From Octopus vulgaris (taxonomy: Eukaryota), in NCBI GenBank assembly GCA_951406725.2, contig OX597820.1:28148001-28212000 (forward strand): a stretch of DNA of 64,000 nt, given 5' to 3'. The notes below the pieces were generated by a model, which was not told the origin of the DNA, made no database searches, and was given only the letters and a program-made list of their open reading frames with translations. This document shows positions 14,701 through 26,361 of this stretch, piece after piece. Within the stretch, counting starts at the first letter, position 1, and each line of letters begins with the position of its first letter. Both the position numbers and the translations under genes were made by a program.

Positions 14701-15800
14701 ATTTTATAGTATCACAATTTTATTATATTGCCTGAGTGCAAGAATTCCTCCTGGCACTTGTTAAATCCTCTGAAAATTATCATCCGACATTTCTTCAACA
14801 TTTTGTTTTAATTTTTGCCATTTTAGAGGATATTATTCTCCTACCTCCTTGGTTGAAACTGCAGTTGCTTTATTGTATCAGAAAACAAGTTAGCTGTTGA
14901 TTCCAGCCGCCGGTTTCTGTAATATTTTAAGCCCAAATATATATCTATGTATATTATGTATTTATTTTTAAAATGTTTCAAATCAATATTTTATTTTGCT
15001 ATCGTAAAATTTCATATTATTTATATTTCCTTCATTATATTTTTTGGAAATTTTGCAAAGTATTTGTTTCCGTTAATTTCTCTACAACGAAATGTTAACA
15101 CACACGTTATTGATTGTCAGTCTTGCTCAAATTTGATGGAATAACTTTTAAAAAGGAATTCGATAGTTCTTTTCTTTATATATCACGAGTCATTGAAATA
15201 TTTTGTTATATCTGGACGTTATGCAAATTAGAACACCTTCTTTTCAGCAGATAGGAATGCCTTATTTTTATTGTGTGATTTTTTATTGTCTAAACGTCTT
15301 AGGATTCTTTAGTGTTGTGTTTCGATTTTGTAGTTTTAATTATATTAAAATCAATCCAGCTAATATGTGTGAAGTTTATAATACGGCAATTTTCTCTATG
15401 TCTTTGGATTTCGGATATGTATCCAACACATTGTGTTTCAATTATCCCCCAAACCCTGATAATTATAAGGATCGTTGTGATGTTAAGTTCCCATATACTT
15501 TTAGATATTTCTATTTCAAGATCACATGAAACTTTTGAAATTGTATACACATAATATGATCTGTTTAGACTGATATATTCATTAGGCTATGCTTCAAAAT
15601 ATAACTGGGCCATGAAGATCTGTCAGTAGTGCTGGATCCATGTACCAGAATGTATGGTTTCTCTATAGTTGCTTTTTAGATATAGTTTCAGTGTATAATT
15701 GTATCACATATTTTCTGCTAACATTTTATTATAACCATCACTAAAATCCCCACATCTCCTTTATCTAAAGATAAATTCTCTTTAACCTAATAATGTGTAA
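11800..15800 (-). pseudogene. Highly decayed Gypsy/Ty3-like LTR-retrotransposon pol relic (PR-RT-IN order)
   Basis: Minus-strand fragments in the expected order: LSGFGG (~15450, protease-like), KQNVEEMSDD (~14790, RT N-terminus), PHLEMVAGHF (12769-12798) and RQCQ (12679-12690, integrase HHCC), IILLTDN (~12545, integrase SDNG-like). Many stops and frameshifts; no LTRs identified; boundaries approximate. Confidence 0.45.
13697..13900 (+). mobile_element. Family A SINE inserted in the Gypsy-like relic
   Basis: aaggtggcgaactggctgagtcgttagcacgccgggcgaaa head plus a diverged core. Confidence 0.85.
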
Positions 15801-16059
15801 ACCTTGTTTGTATTGGGTTTGTAGTATTTCTTAATGTGAACTCGTATCGTATGTTAAATCAGCTTTTGTCGTATCTGGTTGGGGATGGGGTGGATCATTA
15901 CATCAATAAGAATCTCAGTGACTGGCGCAATGACAACCCTCACTACATACAATTATATTCATATACACGTACACTTCCAGACAACCACCATTTATGTATG
16001 CATGTACGTATGTATGTACATATGTATGTATATACATTTCATCATGTTGAAACGTTAAC

Positions 16060-16250
16060 CCCTACACATTTGTTCTCCGTTATTTTCACTCTCTCTCTCT
16101 CTCTCGCTCTCTCTCTCTCTTTTAATCTCTCTGTAGAAGAGCGTAGTCTCGAAACGTGAAGGACTTTTCCATTCTTTCCGTGAGTGAAAATAATACACCT
16201 GCTTCGTGTTCCTTCGCCTGTCTTCGTCTTTTGTTTTCTGCATATTTGAA

Positions 16251-16255
<5 letters not shown>
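16060..16255 (+). mobile_element. Penelope-like terminal (pLTR) fragment with a degenerate minimal hammerhead motif
   Basis: gaagagcgtagtctcgaaacgt (16136-16157). Homologous to 45420-45540 and, inverted, to 16860-16990. Confidence 0.55.
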
Positions 16256-16331
<76 letters not shown>

Positions 16332-16342
16332 GAGATAGATAT

Positions 16343-16377
<35 letters not shown>

Positions 16378-17127
16378 CAGATATAGATATATACATACAT
16401 ATACACTCACACACATAAGACGTATGTATGGATATGTGAATGTACAAAATTGGACAAATTATCCTAGAGGTGCTCAAAATACAAAGATAATCTTTATTGG
16501 TGTTCGAAGAAGAAGTTTAGTCAATACAATAAACGAAGATTCAAGAACTATTGTGGTAGTGAGAAAGCACCAAACCATGCTACAACAATGTCAAGAATAG
16601 TCTCAAAAATGGATGATGCCTGAATAATTGGTGCTTAGGAAAATAGACAAGGATAACGTAATATTCTATATAAAAAGTTAGTTACCTGAAGTAGAGAATA
16701 AATTATTTAGTATTACTGCAAAGGATGAAAGCATTCCCACCACAAAACACGATAAGTATATAAGGAAACAAAACAAAATTGCATGAATAAATCCAATTGT
16801 AGAGTTTAGAAAAAAATTATTAATCTTGATAAGACATTATGGTTAAATAGAAAAACGGAGAAAAACAACAGAAAAAACCCAAAAGGTGAGGAGGTGTTAC
16901 ATGCAAAGTATTTATAGGACGCTCAGAGAAGGAAAGAAAGTGTAGTTGTTTTACGTTTTGAGAAAGGCTATTCTTCGGAAACAGGAGACGCAGCTAAGTT
17001 CAAAAGAACAGGAAGGAGGAAAATACATTACGAACAGTTCACATGTGATTACATCTTGGAATGTATGTATGTATGTATGTATGTATGTATGTATGTATGT
17101 ATGTATGTATGTATGTATGTATGTATG

Positions 17128-17232
<105 letters not shown>

Positions 17233-19588
17233 TGATATAGATGTAAATGTAGATTTCTAAATTTATACATAGCAATAGATAAATTTAACACGTTTAAAGT
17301 TAACAGGTGTTTTATTCTTATGGGAAGGGTATCCACGATATTGCTAAATGTGGATGCTATTTTTGTGCTGGTTTATACATGTATCTATATATGTGCGTAT
17401 GTATATAAATATATGTATGCGTTCATATGGTAGTGTTCGTTTTGTGTGTCGGTATATATAAGGTTATTTTCGCTAAATATGTGTAAAATGGATTCTTGAA
17501 TTAGAATATAGTTATAAAATTTTTTTGAATATCTTTTTTATACTTTTCGCTTTCTGTATCGGTCAGGGTGTGAGTGTGTGTGCATATATAAATATATATA
17601 TAGATATATTTGTACTGGTGTGTGTTGTATATGTACATGTGTGTGTGTGTCTGTGTGTCCATAAGTACATATTTTGTATAAATTTGTATACAATCATATA
17701 TGTAACACTATATATGATTAGTGCATAAATGTTTTGTATATTCGTTTTCAGCTGTTTATCAAATGAGATAAACCTCATTCAAAATGCTTGCACACACATT
17801 ACAATACAGACATATACACACATATAATACATATAAACCACGTATGTTATTTTAAATCGAATATAATTCGATATATTTAAATGAGTCACATCGTTATTAT
17901 ATCAAAAGTGTGCAGCGAGGTGGCAATTGTCAGCTATAAACATTACAACTCCTGAACTCGACATTTCGAGGTCTTTCACTTCATAACTATTTTCACGAAA
18001 AATTATATCAAATGTACAACAACATGCAAAATAGCAAAATCAATCGGAATTAACTCAAGCGTGTAATATCACATAGAAGTTGTTCGTTCTCAAGCAATAA
18101 TATAATGAAACCTACTAATTAAATCGTGAAATTATAGCTTCGCAACAACATATCAAGCTTGATTTTCTAAACGATGTTATTCTTGTATTTTATTTTCCCT
18201 ATTTAGTTTTCATGTTTCGTTGGCGAAAGGAGTTTGTCATTTGTATTTTTTTTCTTTTTTTTTTTTGTTTATTTTAACAAGTAGGATTCAGAACAAGACT
18301 GGACGTTCTGTAAAGTGGATAATAATTGATCGATAGACCAATAAATCATTTTAATTCTTTTATTATTTTAATATTTATTATTTTATATTTTTGCATTCAC
18401 ACCGATTCGTGTCAGCATAAATGAAGCACGTCAGCTGATAGGATATTATATGGTTATGACTTCTATTTTGCTGATCAGGGGAGCTTTGCCTGTAACATAA
18501 AAGTCAGAATGCCAGTGAAAAGAAGGTATTAGAAAACATTGGAGATTGTAGCAGAAGAACAAGAAAAAGATTTAATGATTTTCCACTAAAAATACTAATA
18601 ATAAAAATAATAATAATAACCATGTAAGAAAAAGGTAATGAATAAAATATGCAAACAATAAACAGTTTGGATAGTAGAGAAAAGAAAGATTAGCAGATGC
18701 AAAATGTGAAACAGTTCGAATTCATAATAAAATAACTCCTCATTATGGAATCAACAATAATTTGAAAAATGAGGAAATGTTCATAGGTCTTGACGTTTAT
18801 TATAAAAGCAACTCTGACATTCACAAGTCGTTTATGAAAATGAAGAAATGCGAAAGAAAAAAGATAAAAATACATAATAAATCATAAAATGAGGAATAGT
18901 AAAAATAAGAAATGTTCTTAGCAGAATATACATGCAGTGATTCGCTGTATTGGCGTATCATTAACTCGAAATCAATTTTAAAAGAATCTGGCTTGACTTA
19001 GGCAAAATAGTCACACAGGTACACAATAACGCAAAGACAAAAATAGTTACACACATATATAACCGAATATGCGTACACATTCACTCATATACATATATGC
19101 CTTATATACATATGCAAACAACCAAACTCACAGAACACAGGTGCGAGCATACACACACACACACACACACACAAAAAGTTAGAATGTTAATCGAAATATA
19201 TGCGAGACTATATATGCACTTTCCTTATAATCCATAAATATATGTACATATATATATGTGTGTGTGTGAACGTGTCTGTGTCTGTGTGTGTATACATGCA
19301 TACATGCATAAATACACAGACACACACATGCATATATGTATATATTTATATATACAGAAAGAAAGAAAGACAGACAGATATACAGATAAACTGATAGACA
19401 GAAAGGATACAAGGAATTGAAATACATATATATTTTGCTATATCTTTCTAATAACATTCTGTTTGCATTGTAGCTGACCTATGCATGTAACAGAGAAAAG
19501 AATATGGGTAGGTATTTTCTAAGACTTGCTCATCAAAATTTGAAACTGTCTATCCACCCTGTCTTTTCTGTGCATCGATATACATCTA

Positions 19589-19641
<53 letters not shown>

Positions 19642-19828
19642 GTCTCTCTCTATATATATGTGTGTATATATAAAGATATATATATATAAGCTTCAATATT
19701 TATACATATATATACATCAATATACATATATATGCATATATATATATGCATACATATATATAGAGAGAGTGAGGGAGAGACAGACAAACAGACAGGCAGC
19801 AGACAGGCAGACAGGCAGACAGACAGAC

Positions 19829-19924
<96 letters not shown>

Positions 19925-21077
19925 GATTGCACTTTAGTTTTTGAAGGGCATATTTCTTTTTGAAGCAGTTGTACTGACTAAAGTTCATTATAAATCGAGC
20001 TCTATAAAATGGCGTCTTTGACTCGGCTTTGATCACCAGCATTAACCAATACATTTCGCCTTCAGTAAACTGTAAAAGCGGTGTGATCTTTATTGTTTCT
20101 TTTTATATTTCTTTTTGCAATACATTTACCGTATAGCGCTTATTCTACAGAAAATAGTGGTATTATGAGATTAATACCCTACCTGATGCACTACAATTGC
20201 GGTAAAATAACACAGAAGTACTAGGTGATTTTAATCGATTATCCTCTTTTCCCAACACGAAGTATCATGTACTAATGTTAGAATTCAATGTATCAAGTTG
20301 ATTTTACATGCATTCTGACTTTTACAATACAAGAAAACTCCTTTCTTCAGCGAAATGAGAGGATGAGGTATAGCTACATAATCTTCTATTCTTTAGTTGA
20401 ATGAGTGCATAATATAGATTTTTTTTATTATTTCTAATAGCTATAAATGTACATGATTTGAATGGCTACATGTTTATAATTTCTAGTCCCTTTATTTCTT
20501 TCAGAAAATCCAATCATGTCTTTCGTTTATGCACCTTCCTTTTCAGTGATATAATCTTTGATTTGTAATTGGTATATTCAATGGGTTATTGAGTGAAAAT
20601 TGCTATGTTCTGTTTGTTTTCGAGACTAGAAGCAAATTTGTTCCAATACATGAAGGAAAAGTATCTGCAATGAGCAATTTTCAATTTTGAACATTGCGGA
20701 ATAGCATTCTTTCAGAATACAGCAGTCTAGTACTGCTTAGGTTTCATGAACAGGAAATGAATTCGTAAATTTGTACTTTCCACAATGAATATGTAACTTA
20801 AAGAATTATGTAGTAGTCATACATTTTGTAGCTAATTAAGTTCCGGTTGTAAAGAACTGTTACGTTAACGGTGTTTGAGAATTTCCATAATAAAAGGAAT
20901 ATTGGTATATTTATCTATTTCAGCGTAGAGTGAAAAAATGAGCAATCTTATTTTCAAACATACTTTCGAACCTTCCTTGGATCTCCTCGGAGCTGTCTAC
21001 ATAATTTCACCAAACCCAGAGAAATAAGCAGGTAATCTATTCATATACACAACAAATCCAGCAATTAAACATACGTA

Positions 21078-21126
<49 letters not shown>

Positions 21127-21844
21127 ATAAATAAAAATATATACGTATTTTCGGATCCGACAGGGAGAGTCGTGTATCGTCTTTGCTCTGTTTAAAAAGC
21201 AGAAAGTGTGCATAAATCGGTGAAATAATCTACTGAAAGTCACAAATTCAACTCATAAAGCCCACTACAACACTTCGGCTACAAATATATTAATCAAAAA
21301 CGTAATATATTTTGCCTGAAGCCAAACACAGTAAAAAATTTTTCTTTTCACCGAAAACGCACATGGTGAAAAAAAATCCACTGTAGAAGGAAAAAGAAAC
21401 ATCTCCTGGAAAATAACCACGAAAAAAACCACAAAAATCCAGACCACATCGTTGGATTAAGTATCACTTTCATCTTCTATTTCATATTTTGTTTATTATC
21501 CTATTTTATATAACTTAAGCCCACATCTCCGTTAAAGTTTACGATCGCTATTTTTTTTTTTTTGTTTGTTTACATTTCAATAACTGTCTCGAAGGCAGAA
21601 TTTGGCTTCAAAATTAAATAACCCTTTCTTCACACTTTAAAATATATATATATTTTAATATATTTTCACTCATTTTCTTTCTTTTTTTCCACCTTCCTTC
21701 TCTCCCCGTCTGTGTATATGTGTATGTGTGTGCACGTGTATGTATGTGTGTGTGCGTGTATGTATATATGTATGCGTATATATGCATGGACGTGAACTTT
21801 CATAAACTTTATATAGATAACTAATCTTTCCCCTCTTTCTTACC

Positions 21845-22352
21845 TCTTTCAGATACTCCATCTTCTAATTAGCCTTAAGATTAAATAACGTTTAATACTG
21901 TTTATTGTTAATGATTTTTCAGATGCTCTATCTTCTAATTAGCCTTAAGAATAAACAACGTTTATTACCCACACTTTAACATCTAATTTTTTACCCACAC
22001 TCTAATATCTTTCTAATTAGCCTTTCTACCCACATTTTAAATATTTGTTAATATATTTTCAGATATTCTATCCTCTAATTAGACTTAAGATTAAATAACG
22101 TTTTACCCACACTTTAACTTTAACTTTTTCACCCACACTTTAATATATTTTTGGATGCTCTACCTTCTAATTAGCCTCAAGATTAAATAACGATTATTAC
22201 CCACACTTTAATATAATTGTAATATTGTTAACATATTTTCAGATACTCTATCTCCTAATTAGCCTAAGATTAAATAACGTTTTTACCCACAAACTTTAAT
22301 ATTGTTAATATTAATAATACTCTATCCCATAATTAGCCTTAACATTAAATAT
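21845..22352 (+). repeat. Degenerate tandem monomer array (7 copies, variable ~55-95 bp spacing) in the LINE 5'UTR
   Basis: Core cagatactctatcttctaattagccttaagattaaataacgttt recurs at ~21848, 21918, 22005, 22058, 22151, 22238 and 22317, with acccacacttta subunits between copies. Confidence 0.9.
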
Positions 22353-22410
22353 CTTCTTGTCTTCTCTCGAACATAGTTAAATAGATAAACAAATATACAG
22401 ATCATCCAGC

Positions 22411-22938
22411 ATGTCCAGAGCATGGAGACCTGACGAGCTGGATTTATTCGTACAAGCATGGGAGTGCGCCGGCGGAGATAGCCCTAGCGAGGTGATTGCG
22501 GCTGCGCTGAAGAGCAGAGGCTACAAGAGGACAGCGGCTCAGATGGAGCGAAAGAGACGGGAATTCGTGCGCTCATATGCGCTTGTACGGTCGCACATTG
22601 GCGCACTTGATGCCATCTTTGAGAACGAGCGAGGCAAAGATGACAAGAATGGAGACGATGAAAGAAGTCACCCCCAACTGGTGGATGCCCGGGAGGAGGT
22701 TTTGAATGAGAAACCTGCCCGGGAAGTGAACCCAGGTGCAAGTTCTCCAACCGGCAGCAAAGGCCATGGAGACGGAGAACCCGGTGAAGAGGTAGAGGAG
22801 GAGGAAGAACTAAAAGAAGGGCTGGTAGAGCTAAAGGAAAAGCTCAAGCAGGACCAAAGGGTGAAAAAACCAGGAATAGAAGTGGAACCGCAAAAGATGG
22901 AAACGGACAGCGCACACAGGTGTGTAGGTTCTACCTGA
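22411..22938 (+). CDS. LINE ORF1 N-terminal part: Myb/SANT (trihelix)-like domain plus acidic/coiled-coil segment
   Basis: RAWRPDELDLFVQAW...IAAALKSRGYKRTAAQMERKRREFVRSY fits the Myb/SANT-like W..EE...L...W...IA..L...G..RT..Q...K...L...Y pattern, followed by EEEEELKEGLVELKEKLK. Confidence 0.75.
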   Translation: MSRAWRPDELDLFVQAWECAGGDSPSEVIAAALKSRGYKRTAAQMERKRREFVRSYALVRSHIGALDAIFENERGKDDKNGDDERSHPQLVDAREEVLNEKPAREVNPGASSPTGSKGHGDGEPGEEVEEEEELKEGLVELKEKLKQDQRVKKPGIEVEPQKMETDSAHRCVGST

Positions 22939-23318
22939 GAGGTTCCTGCTGGCATGGAAAGGAAGGTGCAGGCTGCCGCTTTGCACATCGGGGACCCTGC
23001 CACAGAGACACGAGGCAGATGGACAAACCATCAACACAAGGAAAAGGGATGGACCACGCACCACTTGCCCCAAAGCGGAGGTACGCAGATGTTGTGCGTG
23101 CCACAAACCACCAACATGATGTTGTCGAAAGGGCAGTTGCTGAGCAACAATCTTTTTTGTGCATGGCACAAAAGATTGTACAGCAGCTGACCTGGCTTCA
23201 TCAAACCCAAGCCCGCAGGTGGGACTACCCACTATATACCAGACCACCACCACAGCAAACAGACCCAGGATGGACACCACCGGCAACAACGTACACCTCA
23301 CCTCGATGCTCCTACTGA
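22788..23318 (+). CDS. LINE ORF1 C-terminal part (-1 frame): CCCH zinc finger plus Q/P-rich tail
   Basis: CRFYLRGSCWHGKEGAGCRFAH is C-x7-C-x8-C-x3-H. This frame is open from a TGA at ~22785-22787 to 23318 with no ATG before the finger, so it is probably fused to the upstream ORF. Confidence 0.75.
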   Translation, partial: RGRGGGRTKRRAGRAKGKAQAGPKGEKTRNRSGTAKDGNGQRTQVCRFYLRGSCWHGKEGAGCRFAHRGPCHRDTRQMDKPSTQGKGMDHAPLAPKRRYADVVRATNHQHDVVERAVAEQQSFLCMAQKIVQQLTWLHQTQARRWDYPLYTRPPPQQTDPGWTPPATTYTSPRCSY

Positions 23319-26266
23319 ACATCAGAGGACTGCAAACACTCAGTAACAGGACAAAAATCCCGTTCCTGAGAGATTTTGTTGCATGCAATCAAGCCTTATG
23401 CATAGCACTAACGGAAACGCACCTGAAACCGGATATAGCAGATGCGGAGTTACACATACCACAGTATGCTGTACTACGGACCGACAGGAAAGAAAGGAGT
23501 CATGGAGGTGTTGCTATGTACATCCGTGAGGACCTCACACCCCAGGTCCTCTTGTCATACTCAAACTCGGTGTGTGACACACTAATTGTACATATTAGGC
23601 AACTTGATGTAGTTGTGTGTGCTACATATCGCCCTCCAGATGCCCCAAGCCATGTGGGCAAGTTTGAAGACTGCCTTATAAAAATAGAAGAAGTTCTAAC
23701 CACATTAGAACAACACATAAGTGTACTTCTTATGGGAGACTTCAATCTGCCAAATGTCAGATGGCCCGAGGGCCTTTCTCTCCCAGGAATGACAAGATGT
23801 GAACGAGGACAGGCGAGGTCCCTCCTGAACCTCATCAACACCCTGTACATGGAGCAGGTAATACTCCAACCAACCAGGGCAGGTAACACACTGGATCTCT
23901 GCTTCACAAATGACATGGATCTCATCCATAATGTGAAAGTGACACCGACACTACTCTCGGATCACAACATGATAGAGCTGACCATGTACGGGCCAAAAGA
24001 GAGCACGGACATGCAGCCTACAAGAAACCCCCAGAATCTTTCCAGCTTGAACTACCATAAGGCAAACTGGAAACAAATTGAGAAAGAGATCCTCAAACAA
24101 AACTGGCCTAAATGTCTCTCCTCGCCAGACATCGACGTGAAACTTCAACAATTCATGTCTGTAATGCAAGCCATATGCTACAAATATGTCCCAGAGAGAA
24201 AGGCCACTGTACACAAGAACAAAATCCCCAGAGAGAGGAAAATTCTAATGAGACGGCGTACAAAATTTTCAAATCGCCTAAACAAACAGATTGAAAGCAG
24301 TGAAAAGTCCCGCCTAAAAATAAAACTGTTGGAAATCGAAAAATGTCTGAAACTCTCCCATGAAAAGGAAAGAGCAGACAAAGAAGCCTGGGCTATAGAC
24401 AACATAAAATCTAACCCCAGAGCTTTCTACAGGTATGCCAAAGAAACAGCTACGGTGCACTGTAGAATAGGGCCACTCCTCGAAAAGGATGGCACACTTA
24501 CAGGAAAACCAATGAGGGTAAGTGAAATACTGAATGAGCAATTCAAGAGTGTTTTCACTCCACCCCTTGGGCATCTCCAAATCACCAATCCAACTGACTT
24601 TTTTACCACTGCAGATATAAAATCAGAGGCGGCGACGATAGATTACATCGATATAAAGGAAGACGATGTAATCAAGGCTATAGATGAAATGAAAACAGAC
24701 TCAGCTACTGGCCCCGATGGATTCCCGGCAATCCTCCTAAAAGCATGTAAGAGAGTCCTAGCAAGACCACTGCAGTTCCTCTTTCAGAGCTTCCTTGCAG
24801 CTGGCAAACTTCCAAGAAAACTGAAGGAAGGTAAAATATGCCCCATTCATAAAGGAGGTAGCAGAGCGGAAGCCAAGAACTATAGACCTATCTCTCTGAC
24901 CTCACACATCAGCAAGGTCATGGAACGAATAGTCAGAAGGAAGCTGATCACCTTCCTTGAAGAAAATGACTTGCTGCCCGACACCCAACATGGTTTCCGA
25001 CCAGGGAGAAGCTGTTTAACTCAGCTCCTACAACACTATGACTGGGTGCTGAAACGGCTGCTCAACCACTCAAATGTGGAAGTGATATATCTCGACTTTG
25101 CAAAGGCCTTTGATAAAGTCGATCATGGAATGATATGTCACAAACTGCGTGATCTCAACATAGTTGGAAAACTGGGAGAATGGCTTCATGACTTTCTGAA
25201 AGATAGAAGTCAGGTGGTAGTGGCCAATGGGGCCACTTCCATTAACACGCAAATAGTGAGCGGTGTTCCGCAGGGCACTGTTCTGGGACCACTACTGTTC
25301 ATAATGGCCCTCTCAGACATGCCCTCAGCCACGCAGAGAGCCACGATCACAAGTTATGCAGATGATACAAAAGTTTCACAGGCAATACAGAACCCTGAGG
25401 ACACTAAACACCTGCAATGTGAGCTAGACAAAATATACAAGTGGGCCGAAAAGAATAGCATGCAGTTCAATGCTGAAAAGTTTCAAGCTCTATACTATCA
25501 GCATGCAAAACTAAATGCAATACCCAATGAATACACTGGACCCGGAGGAATAGCAATCCCAGAGGCACAATCAGTGCGTGACCTAGGTATTTACATGAGT
25601 GATGACGCGACCTTTCGTGTACATGTTGCTAAATTGGCAATGAAATGTAGACGACTGGCCGGATGGATCCTCAGAACCTTTAGAACAAGAGAACAAGAAA
25701 CCATGATGGTCCTCTGGAGGACACTTGTCCTAAGCCACTTTGACTACTGCTCTCAGTTATGGTCACCATCCAGTGTCAAGTTGATCACAGAGCTCGAGGC
25801 GATCCAACGTAGCTACACGAAGAAGATAGCCTCTATGCAGAATGTAAGCTACTGGGAAAGACTCAGGAAATTAAAATTATATTCCCTGGAGCGTAGGCGG
25901 GAAAGATATGCCATAATATACATCTGGAAGATCCTGGAGGGAAGTGTCCTGAACTTTGGCATCGAGAGTTACGCAAATGCCAGAACTGGGCGCCACTGCG
26001 TGGTGCCTAGGACTCCAAACTTGCCATCAAGATGTAGGACAAGATTCTGTGATAGCCTGGGCTTCCGAGGCCCACAGCTCTTCAATATCCTCCCGAAGAA
26101 CCTGAGAGACCTGCATGGGGTGGATACAGATGTCTTTAAAATGAAGCTGGATCTCTTCCTGTCAGGTGTCCCAGATGAACCAACTTCACGGCAGGAGGGG
26201 CAGATGAGGGCAGCTGCATCGAACTCTCTCATGCACCAAATAGCAGCTGCTAGAAAGCCTTCATGA
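23306..26266 (+). CDS. LINE ORF2: apurinic-like endonuclease plus reverse transcriptase
   Basis: Uninterrupted ORF (track 23159-26266; likely ATG 23306, MLLLNIRGL). APE motifs LTETHL, YRPP, GDFN, LDLCF, SDH. RT motifs NYRPISL, QHGFR, YLDFAKAFDKV, GVPQGTVLGPLLF, YADD, DLG. Confidence 0.97.
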   Translation: MLLLNIRGLQTLSNRTKIPFLRDFVACNQALCIALTETHLKPDIADAELHIPQYAVLRTDRKERSHGGVAMYIREDLTPQVLLSYSNSVCDTLIVHIRQLDVVVCATYRPPDAPSHVGKFEDCLIKIEEVLTTLEQHISVLLMGDFNLPNVRWPEGLSLPGMTRCERGQARSLLNLINTLYMEQVILQPTRAGNTLDLCFTNDMDLIHNVKVTPTLLSDHNMIELTMYGPKESTDMQPTRNPQNLSSLNYHKANWKQIEKEILKQNWPKCLSSPDIDVKLQQFMSVMQAICYKYVPERKATVHKNKIPRERKILMRRRTKFSNRLNKQIESSEKSRLKIKLLEIEKCLKLSHEKERADKEAWAIDNIKSNPRAFYRYAKETATVHCRIGPLLEKDGTLTGKPMRVSEILNEQFKSVFTPPLGHLQITNPTDFFTTADIKSEAATIDYIDIKEDDVIKAIDEMKTDSATGPDGFPAILLKACKRVLARPLQFLFQSFLAAGKLPRKLKEGKICPIHKGGSRAEAKNYRPISLTSHISKVMERIVRRKLITFLEENDLLPDTQHGFRPGRSCLTQLLQHYDWVLKRLLNHSNVEVIYLDFAKAFDKVDHGMICHKLRDLNIVGKLGEWLHDFLKDRSQVVVANGATSINTQIVSGVPQGTVLGPLLFIMALSDMPSATQRATITSYADDTKVSQAIQNPEDTKHLQCELDKIYKWAEKNSMQFNAEKFQALYYQHAKLNAIPNEYTGPGGIAIPEAQSVRDLGIYMSDDATFRVHVAKLAMKCRRLAGWILRTFRTREQETMMVLWRTLVLSHFDYCSQLWSPSSVKLITELEAIQRSYTKKIASMQNVSYWERLRKLKLYSLERRRERYAIIYIWKILEGSVLNFGIESYANARTGRHCVVPRTPNLPSRCRTRFCDSLGFRGPQLFNILPKNLRDLHGVDTDVFKMKLDLFLSGVPDEPTSRQEGQMRAAASNSLMHQIAAARKPS

Positions 26267-26361
26267 AGTGAAACCAAGTAGCAACACCAAATGGCGGTGC
26301 CCCAGCATGGCCACAGCTCATAAGCTGCAACTGGAAAAATCAAAAAATCAAAATCAAAATC

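Larger units (their letters stand above)
21143..26361 (+). mobile_element. Full-length CR1-group LINE (APE-RT non-LTR retrotransposon)
   Basis: ORF1 and ORF2, a short 3'UTR with a stem-loop and an (AAAATC)n tail ending at 26361. The 5' end is placed by rejoining the flanks: 21122-21142 plus 26366 onward reproduces the uninterrupted copy at 27054-27143. Possible 4-bp ATAT TSD. Confidence 0.85.

Noticed and set aside
21845-22352. CRISPR-like repeat/spacer appearance
   Set aside because: Repeats are degenerate, the intervening sequences are related to each other and of irregular length, there are no cas genes, and the context is a eukaryotic LINE 5'UTR.
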